Shown here: positions 54,651 to 64,000 of the stretch, in pieces
How positions within the stretch are numbered: position 1 is the stretch's first letter
Layout: each line of letters opens with the position of its first letter
NCBI GenBank assembly: GCA_051294375.1
Contig: CM119270.1
Coordinates: forward strand, 4,534,152 to 4,598,151
Length of the DNA: 64,000 nt
Reading direction: 5' to 3'
DNA from: Paraspadella gotoi
Lineage: Eukaryota; Animalia; Chaetognatha
The notes under the pieces: generated by a model
Told to the model about the DNA's origin: nothing
What the model saw: only the letters and a program-made list of their open reading frames with translations
The model's database searches: none
Program-made: the position numbers and the translations under genes

Positions 54651-55337
54651 TCACTTCCGGTGAGACGGCGACAGCCTCGCGACGCGTCGAGGCGAATTCG
54701 AGGAAAACNNNNNNNNNNNNNNNNNNNNNNNNNNNNNNNNNNNNNNNNNNNNNNNNNNNNNNNNNNNNNNNNNNNNNNNNNNNNNNNNNNNNNNNNNNNN
54801 NNNNNNNNNNNNNNNNNNNNNNNNNNNNNNNNNNNNNNNNNNNNNNNNNNTTGTTCTCTCGTTTTAATCTTTTTTTGTTTTTACAGCGACACTGTGACGT
54901 CATTTCCCTGGCGCGCCACCTTTGACGTCATATCACCACGATTTGCGTCAGAGAAACTCACAACTCCTCCTAGGGGGCGTTGCCTTGACCGACGGCGCAA
55001 GTTTACCGGTGACTTTGCTTCGACGAGGAGTCTCTATCGTGATTTTATCACATCGACGTTCTTCTTCGGAGAATCTCCTTCGGATCTCCACATTTTTTTG
55101 TGAACTGACATTCAACTGTTCCGTTACTTTCAAGTTTCAACTTTCACTAAATCGATTGAAAAAAAAAATACAAAAAAACCGCCGCGTCCACTAGACTTCC
55201 TCGCCATTTTTCTCACTTTTTCCGCGTCGCCGAGCTAATTTTCCTGCTTCTTCCGGCTCATCCCGGTCGGCCACGCCCACCTCCGACGAACCCCCCCCCT
55301 CACCGACTTTCTCCCGGACACTCGCCGTCGCCAATCA
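54651..55337 (+). promoter_or_regulatory. Putative promoter/5' region of the acidic NPF gene
   Basis: ETS-type CACTTCCGGT (54652), two perfect CRE palindromes TGACGTCA (54895 and 54923), CTCF-like CTCCTAGGGGGCGT (~54967), KLF/SP CCACGCCCAC (55271) and CCAATCA (55331), all in CpG-rich sequence upstream of ATG 55348. Confidence 0.5.
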
Positions 55338-55347
55338 TCCCTTCAAC

Positions 55348-58300
55348 ATGGAAGAAGGCCTCTTCTCCAGCCTGGCCTCCAAATTGGCGGAAGACGAAGA
55401 AGGGGAGGAAGAGGGAGGAGGAGGAGGAGGAGAAGAGGGAGAGGAAGATAACCCTTTTAATCCTTTCAATCCTTTCTTCGCTTCGGCCGAAGGGAGAGAG
55501 GAAGAAGGGGAGGAAGGAGAAGATGGAGAAGGAGAATGGAATCCGTTTCTCTACACAGAAGGTGAATCTTTTGTTTTTGTTTGTTTGTGATGTAAAAANN
55601 NNNNNNNNNNNNNNNNNNNNNNNNNNNNNNNNNNNNNNNNNNNNNNNNNNNNNNNNNNNNNNNNNNNNNNNNNNNNNNNNNNNNNNNNNNNNNNNNNNNN
55701 NNNNNNNNNNNNNNNNNNNNNNNNNNNNNNNNNNNNNNNNNNNNNNNNNNNNNNNNNNNNNNNNNNNNNNNNNNNNNNNNNNNNNNNNNNNNNNNNNNNN
55801 NNNNNNNNNNNNNNNNNNNNNNNNNNNNNNNNNNNNNNNNNNNNNNNNNNNNNNNNNNNNNNNNNNNNNNNNNNNTTAAACTTTATACATTACAATTCTA
55901 TGTATGATTAAATTTAGTCTTCAATTATTGTATTTTTTTGATTATTAATTATTTGACCACCGCGGCCTCAAGATATGTTAGAGTTGATGAAGGAGGAGTC
56001 GGTCGAAGAGGAGGAGGAGGAGGAGGAGGAGGAGGAGGAGGAGGAGGACGATAAAGTTCCTGAGGAAAATCGAGTTTGTAATCCGTTTCGTTGGAAGTCA
56101 GGTATTTTTGTTTGTACCTTTGGGATTCCGAATTGTGTCTTTTTTTCTTTTCGTCTTTGCTGTTTTTTTTTTTCCTGTTTTTTTTTTTTTGCCAAACCAC
56201 CGGGCAATACAAGATCGTGCATCTCGTCGAGATACCGACGAACTTTTACAATTGGCTTTTTTTTTGTTCGCTTCAATCCTTCAGCACAATAGTCTGGTCG
56301 AGGGTCCCAAAAGAGGATTGCACTGCTATCACGCAAGCCATTGTGCAACCATGCCACCATGCCGCCATACCATGCAATGAGACCCTGCCCGCGAACGTTT
56401 TTTTTTTTAGTTGTCAGAAATGTTGTACTTTTACCGCTTGCCAAATTAATAAGAATAAAACTTTTATTTTTTTTCATTTAAAAAAGAGAAGTGAAAAGAC
56501 GACTAAATATTAAAAAAAAATTGAAGCTCATTAAGATGAAATGACCGTATTCTTAATATTTCATTTATAGTAGACTTAGATATCGATGTTTCCAAAAATG
56601 TCAAACGCAATTCGATGCCCGAATGCCCGAATGCCAGAGGAACGAAAAAATCAGAAATGCAAGAATGCCAGAATGTCGTCGTTGCATGTCGCTTTAGGTT
56701 ATGCAATATGCAATATGCATACATATTACATGCGAATCGTTTTTGTATGCAGAATAGTTTTTTTTTCTTTCTGTTCGCAGAATTTTAAAAAGTCGCAGAA
56801 ATATTTTTCAATTTTAGCTAATTGTTTCTTTGTAATATTAAAACATTATATTTGTTTTTATTTCATACGACAGAAGAGTCCGCCGAAGCCGCCGACGCTG
56901 CCGACGCTTCCGACGCTGCCGATGCTGCCGCTGCATCCGAATCCGGCGCCGCCGACGCCGCCGCCGCCGCCGCCGACCCTTCCGGCGCCGTCGACGTCGA
57001 CGTCGACGCCGAAATTTCGGCGCTGGAGAAGGAGGACGAGGAGGAAGAGGAGATGACGGAGGAAGAGTGGAGGAGAAAGGAGGAGGAGTTGAAGGAGTGG
57101 GTCAACACTGTCAGGAACGTGGCGCTGCACGAGACGGGTGAGTGGGGAGAGGGAGGAAAGCAAAAGGGAGGAAAAGGGAGGAAAGGAAAAGGGAGGAAAA
57201 GGGAGGAAAGGAAAAAGAGGGAAAGGAAAGGGAGAGAGGGAGGAAAAGGTTTTTAAATGTAAAAAAAGAGTTAAGGGGTAAAGGAGGTTGGGTAATGAAG
57301 GAAAGAAAGGGAAAAGGAAGGGAGATAGAGAGGGAAAGGAAAGAAGGGAAAAGGGAGAAAACGAGATAGGGAAAGGAAAGGTGTCAAGTGGCAAAGAAAG
57401 AGGAGGAAAGGAAAAACGAGAAAAGGGGAAAGGAAAAGGAGAAAGAAAGGAAAACCTACTCACCTCTAAACCTTTTCATCATCAAGAATCCGCCCAACCT
57501 CAAGTCGTCAGGGCAGTTTACTCTCCTACCCACTGCAAAAAAAAAAAGAAATAATAATTGATGGTGATTGTCAAAATTTACAAAAGATTAATTTCATTTA
57601 AAGATTTTAAAATTTAAAAAAAAAACTTTTTTTGTTTTTCGATTCAGCGGACGAATTGGACAAAACAGTCGATCGATTAACAGAAACGATCACCCGTGCT
57701 GTGAAAGAGGAAGAGAAGATGGCAAGAGGAACGGCGGAAAAGAAGGACAAAGCGGAGGAAAGGAAAGACAAAGCGGAGGAAAGAAAAGACAAAGAGGAGG
57801 AAAGGAAAGACAGAGAGGAGGAGAGGAAAGACAAAGCGGATAAAGGGAAAGACAAAGCGGATAAAGGGAAAGACAAAGTGGAGGAAAGAAAAGACGAAGC
57901 GGAGGAAGAGAAAGACAAAGAGGAGGAAAAGAAAGACAAAGCGGAGGAAAGGAAAGACAAAGCGGAGGAAAGAAAAGACAAAGCGGAGGAAAGAGAAGAC
58001 AAAGCGGAGGAAAGAAAAGACAACGCGGAGGAAAAGAAGGTCGACGAAGGAAGGACGGAGGATTCCGGGCGAGGAATTCAAGATGGCGACGGTAAGAATT
58101 CTTGGCGTTCCTGAAGGATTTTATAAATAAATTAATAAATGAATAGTAAATTAGTAGATTTCATTCTCTGAACTGTGAGTTATTTGTTCAATGTCATCAG
58201 ACGCCAACCATTCTCGCTCGAGTCCGCCCACCATAACTACCTCCTCCGCCGCTGCCGCTGCCGACGCCACTCCCGTCGTCACCGCCGCCGCAGCAGCCGC

Positions 58301-59106
58301 CGTCATCGTCAACGGAGAAGCGGAGCCGGAAGTTGAGAACGAAGTAGCGTCCTTGACGTCGGCAGCGGACGCCGCCGACGCGGCAGCGACCCAGTCGCCG
58401 ACGCAGTCTCCGGCGCGGTCTCCGGTGCCGGTGATTTCCATCACGGCGCCGGATCGAGGTCACCGGATGGCGGAGGACAGCGACGAGGAGGATACCGAAG
58501 GTAAGGGAATCCGGCGGGTAAGTTAGAAACTTAGAACCTTTTGATGTTATCGAATACGTTCGAAGAATGGTAATTAAACGAAGATTTTTTTATAATGGAG
58601 ACTTTGATAAAGTTGTTGGCTGAGGATGACTTGCCAACATTGCTTTTTTTTTTCTATCATTACGCGTATTCCGCATCATAAAATTATATTAATATATATT
58701 TAGTTAAAACCGATTTATTATACAATAAACGAATGCCCATTCTTTATTTCCGACAGAGGGCGGCGCGCTTACCAACGGCGCCGTCCACGACGACGACGAC
58801 GACGACGCCGATACCGACGCCGACGAATCATACGTGGTTCCGTTCGGCTTAACCGGCGCCGGGCGAGCGGCGCCGGCCGGTCTCGATCCCAGGATTAGGG
58901 ACGATCTCTCGGTGGCGTCGGATAGCGGGATCAAGGTGATACGGTCGGTCAGTCAGTCAAAATTCGATTAGAATTCACCGAGCGCAATATTTTTGAGTTG
59001 AGCGATGAGCAGACCGAGAGAGAAGAGAGAGAGAGAGAAGAGAGAAGAGAGAGAGAGAGAGAGAGGGAGAGAGCAGAGAGCGGAGAGAGAGAGAGAGACG
59101 AGAGAC

Positions 59107-59143
<37 letters not shown>

Positions 59144-59851
59144 AGAAGATTCATCACAACTCATGCTCTTTTTTCTTGCAGGACGAATCCTCAGTGGCTT
59201 CGGCGGAATCGGGAGACGAAACAGACGCCGAAGATGAAGACGATGACCGGGACGACGAAGACGACGATGAAGACGAGACGAGGACGACGACGACGACGAC
59301 GAAGACCGAGAAAAGATGAACGAAGAAGAGACGACGAAGGGATGAAGACGACGCCAGAAGACGACGACGACGACGACGACGACGCACGATGATGATGAGG
59401 ACGAAGACGACGACGAAGAAGAAGACGAAGACGAAGATGAACGAAACGAATTCGAAGAGACGGGAGGACAAGATGCGGTCGCCGCCGCAGATGAGCACAG
59501 GTAGAGATGGCAACGATGGTACAGACAGAACAGATGGGAAAGATTGGAGAGATGGTACAGATGGTACAGATGAGATAGAGGGTACAATTAGAGCAAATGT
59601 TACTGAATACTGAGTGTACAAAATAAAGGACGATTCTAATCCAGTCAAAACTTTCCATAAATTGGCCAACAAGAGATGACCTTTGAGACTTGGAGCTCGA
59701 ACGTTGACTTGAGTTCGCGCACCTGCTTCGTTTTGACAGCAGGTGCGATGCAGGTGGCCGCCGAGTCGAGAATCGTAATTGAGAAAAGAAGAGAAAAGAA
59801 GATTCAGCATCAAACTAGATCTAAATACGAAAAAATAGTAATTTTATTCCC

Positions 59852-59922
<71 letters not shown>

Positions 59923-59935
59923 CTCTTTCTTTCTG

Positions 59936-59974
<39 letters not shown>

Positions 59975-61814
59975 CTCCTCTACTCACAATCTCTAACTTC
60001 CATCACCTCTTTCCGCTCCAGTGGCGCTCCATCTCCCCTTCGCTCCGGACCCCCTCGACCAGGTGCTCCGCCTACCCGCCCAACCGGGCCGCCGCCCCGA
60101 CCCAACGCCCCTCCCTCGAAACCCAACCGACCCACGACGGGTCCACCGCCCAAAAGGCCCACGTCTGGACCTGAAACAGGTCTTGTTTTTTNNNNNNNNN
60201 NNNNNNNNNNNNNNNNNNNNNNNNNNNNNNNNNNNNNNNNNNNNNNNNNNNNNNNNNNNNNNNNNNNNNNNNNNNNNNNNNNNNNNNNNNNNNNNNNNNN
60301 NNNNNNNNNNNNNNNNNNNNNNNNNNNNNNNNNNNNNNNNNNNNNNNNTTTTTTTTTTTTTTAAAGTTTTATTTTCATTTCATAATCTCGTCTGGAATCA
60401 GATACAGGCTATATTAACTTGACATATTCACTTTTTTTTACTAGTTAATCATGTTTATTTCTTTTTTATTCATTATGACAACATTTTAACGAAAGCTTCT
60501 TCCCTCTTTTCCTTTCCTTTTTCTTCCTTCCTCCCTCTCTTCTCGAAAAAAAAAGGAAAAGGAGGAAAGAAAAAGAAGAAAGGAAAAAAGAAAAAGGAGG
60601 AAGCGCCGAAGAGGAAAATCGAGCTGGTCGCGGATCCCGAAGACAAAGAAGAATGGAAGAAGTTTTTGTCAAAGACGCAAGAGACGGTGGCGAAGACGAA
60701 GAAGACGCTCGAAATTCTCAGGTTTTATCTATATTTCGTTGTGACGTAATTCGGTTCTGTTAGTTTTGACGTAGGGGTTTTATCGTTGTTTGATTGTTGT
60801 AGATTCCAGATTTCTACGGATTCTATTTTAATATTGTTTGGGTTTGTTTATTTGTTTGTTTATATTTTTTTAGACTTTCAATTTGATGTAGTTTGCATGA
60901 GATGAAAGCGCGGGAGAAATGAAAAGAACGTTTTGAAAGGAAACGTCAAATAAAGGAAGGAATGGCGAAAAAAAATTTGAAGAGACGAGAGGAGAGAGGA
61001 TGAAGGAGAGAGATGAGAAGAGAGAGAGAGAGGAGAGGAGAGAGAGAGAGAGTCGANNNNNNNNNNNNNNNNNNNNNNNNNTAACCCTACCCTCCCAAGC
61101 CACAGGCAGCAGAGCACGTTGGGGTTGTTTCTCTCTCGTTTGTTCTATATTCTCCCAGCCACTTCTCACTTTGATCACGCTCTGCAATGAAGATGACGCG
61201 GAAAATGAAAGAAGGATATAATAGACACGCGACACCAGGGCCTAATAGAAGGCACGCGAAAAACACACTTCCAAAAATGAGACAGAGAGAGAGAGAACGA
61301 TGACACCGACGCCGAAGCACGCACCACAGCAAGAGATGAAGAAGAGAGACAGAGAGATGAATACGGAGAGAGAAAGCGTAATAAAGAGATGCGAGAGATA
61401 GAAGAGAGAAGAGAGAAGAAGCAGAGAGGAGAGAGAAGAGAGAGAGAGAAGAGAGAGCTGAGAGAGACGAGAGAGAAGACTAGAACGAGAGAGGAGGAGA
61501 GACGATATAGCAGCAGACATTCTCCTTGCATCTCTGATCTTAATAAAGCACAAGATCCCCACCGCCGTCCGCAAATCCTTCTTCCCCCCCCACGTGCCGT
61601 CCCCCCTCGTCACGTACCCAATCCAGCCGCCCCGCTACGCCAGCGGCCCCACCGCATGGACAGACGTCCACCCCTGACGCTGACGAGAAGCGAGAACGTG
61701 GCAGGCCGCTCGACGCCGATCTTCCCTCAGATAGTCAACTGGACGTCTGAGAATTTCCCGTGCGACCGAATCCAAGTCGACAAGCAGTCATTTCTTCGAG
61801 AGAAGGGCGAGTGA
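55348..61814 (+). CDS. Uncharacterised acidic, largely disordered protein with NPF motifs, charged repeat and Pro-rich exon (endocytic-adaptor-like)
   Basis: Phase-compatible GT-AG exons: 55348-55561 (NPFNPFNPFF, WNPF), 55973-56101 (CNPF), 56874-57137, 57648-58091 (KDKAEER repeats), 58201-58500, 58757-58935, 59182-59500 (Asp/Glu-rich, with indels), ~60021-60179 (GPPRPGAPPTRPTGPPPRPNAPPSKPNRP) and ~60545-60721 (EEWKKFLSKTQETVAKTKKTLEIL). A probable terminal exon lies at ~61500-61814. The 3' end is uncertain because of gaps and errors. Confidence 0.68.
57740..58033 (+). repeat. Coding 21-bp tandem repeat, 14 copies of (R/K)KDKAEE
   Basis: AGRAAAGACAAAGCGGAGGAA units, in frame within exon 57648-58091. 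Confidence 0.92.
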
Positions 61815-63671
61815 GTTAAAGAGCGGAGCAGGGTAAGGGTTTGGCGGCGGCGGCGTCGACAAGGGGCGCGAGATGCGGAGATGCGGGATGAAAGCTTATC
61901 TTTTGACCTCACTCCTGGCAATCGCCACCCCTCCCCGGGCGCCGCCCATGGAAATTCCCGTCGCGCTGTTCCGGTTCAAGTTCTACTTCTTAGATTCCTT
62001 TTTTTTTCCTTCTTCTTATGGTTCTTTTTTGTTTGTTTCGTGTGAGAGTGAAACGTAAATCAAACCTTTAAGTGTCGCGTGAATAAAGTGATTTGTCTTT
62101 TTTTTTTTAGTGCGCGTGCGTATTTTAATTTTTGAAAAATATTTGCGATTGTATTTATATATTTTTATATATATCGTAGTTTTATTTATTCTTTTTTCCC
62201 CTTTTCACTGGTTTTCACTGCATTTTGCGACAGTTTAATCCGCCCTTGTTGCTTTAGATGTTTTTTATTTTCCTTTTTTTATTTTTTTGTCGTTTCGTCG
62301 ATGATTCGAAGAAATTTTGTTGTTCCAAAATTGTTTTTATAAATAACTTTGAACCTTAATTAATAACCGTTTTGTTATATAAACAAACTTTCTTCGAGCC
62401 TTACCCGATAAACGTTTGTTGAATCAATTCCTTTACCTATTGATCGCTTGATTTCTTCAGTCCTTTATTCATTAATAAATAATAATAAATTCGCTCGCAC
62501 GCTTACTACGTCAGAGATAAATGTTGACCCGCTCCCTACCTTTTGCACACGAAAGCATTTTTTGAGTGTGAGATGACGATAAATTATAAAAATTAAACCA
62601 CTATGACTCAACTAATATCGAGTTATGAGCAAGAAATAAATTAGTGTGAATAATGTTTCCTTCTTTGTCATAAGGACGCTCAAGAGGTAAGAAACGCTTT
62701 TTTTCAATTTACACGATTTAGTGCATACCACTCTATCTCAACCTTCTCTCTCTTTCTACCTCGCTGTGTACTGTGCCATAGGCGATTTTTTTTTACATGT
62801 CATAATTCATAAACCGCACTTTATAATTTTTTTTAACTCAGTTTTAGTAATGTAATAATATTACTTGAATTCATTGATATTCTTTGAAGAAATCCACGTT
62901 TTTTTCGCGTTTTGTCTAAATTTACTTTTTTCCTGTCAACTTGTGTAAGTTTGTTTTTTGTTTAGTCGATTTAATAAACTAAGACAAGATTTATTACATC
63001 CTTTTCATATATAAATTAAGATATTTAAAAACTTCCCCGAAAACATTAAAGTTCATATCTAAAACAAGTAAACATTTGCTTGCGCTATTAGAACGATCAG
63101 AATGGTGTAGTATTCACGAATAATGTATTTTAATATTCTTCGCTATTACTTTTGATTCAATTACAAAATGTTAAATAAAATCTATTTCGTGGCTGAAAAT
63201 ATTCAAGATAGCTTTACCTAACGTTTAGAACTCCACGGAAGGTATACCACACCACGCTTAAACAGAACAATTTTTTTAAAAGAAATGGTGAAAAAAAACC
63301 CTGTGTTTCTCTGCACTCGATGCATGAGTCCCCCCCAAAAAAAAATTTAATAATAATAAAAAAAACAATTAATTTTGATTGAATCTAAACCGTGTCGCGC
63401 TAACATTACTCTCAACTGAATTTAACAATATTCAATTTCCACAAAAAAAAATATTAAGGCTAATATTTAACGCGATTCAACTTTTGCTAAATTGTGATGG
63501 ATCAACGAAAAGATGATTGGCTGGAATTTGAATTGAACCAAGATGATTGGCTGAAAATTAATTGGAACCAATATGATGAAGTGCTTGATATTCTTTTAAT
63601 GGCTTTTGAAATAGTGGCTTGTGTTATGCCTTGTGATAGGACCCGTAATCTGTGGGAACAAATGGTAAAAT

Positions 63672-63734
63672 GAAGAAGAAGAAGAAGAAGAAGAAGAAGA
63701 AGAAGAAGAAGAAGAAGAAGAAGAAGAAGAAGAA
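63672..63734. repeat. (GAA)n microsatellite, representative of dozens of (GA)n, (CAT)n, (CGT)n, (TTTC)n and (CATTT)n tracts in the window
   Basis: Direct observation. Other examples: 1368-1427, 5718-6080, 6520-6572, 7078-7127, 15336-15380, 59853-59975. Confidence 0.95.
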
Positions 63735-64000
63735 GAAGAAGAAGAAGAAGAAGACAAGTGGTCGAGTGTTCAAGCGATCAAGTAACATCACGTGACCTCA
63801 ATCCATCTGTCCATCCATCCATCCATCTTTCTTCATCCTTCTCTTCTTTTTCTTTCCCTCACATTTTTCTCCTCCTTAAAAATCTTACCTTAAAATTCAC
63901 TTGACCTTACTTTCCTTTACTACATTAAAAGCGACTTGCAAATTTCACATTTGATTTCACTTATTTCCCAATTTTCCTTTTTTTTTCCCCGACTCCGCCC

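Overview
This is an AT-rich, microsatellite-dense animal (invertebrate-type) genomic window from a draft assembly. It has several N-gaps, including four of exactly 25 N, and error-prone patches. Genes that can be supported: (1) a single-coding-exon KLF15-type zinc-finger transcription factor (+, 3257-4777); (2) a multi-exon SSUH2 homolog (-, 26718-29519, possibly with a long upstream extension to ~39 kb); (3) a divergent class A GPCR of the FMRFamide/myosuppressin-receptor-like type (+, 40178-43924); (4) a casein kinase 1 gamma-like gene (+, 45435-~48875), one exon of which lies inverted on the minus strand; (5) an uncharacterised acidic protein with NPF motifs, a 7-aa charged repeat and a Pro-rich exon (+, 55348-~61814) that resembles an endocytic adaptor. 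Non-coding content: two gap-flanking near-identical tandem duplications (5.3 kb and 1.5 kb, probably assembly artefacts), minisatellites, a tRNA-derived SINE-like fragment, a Helentron/DINE-like fragment and several RFX X-box motifs. I found no prokaryotic system, CRISPR array or autonomous transposon. All gene models and family calls come from manual translation and recall, not from database searches.
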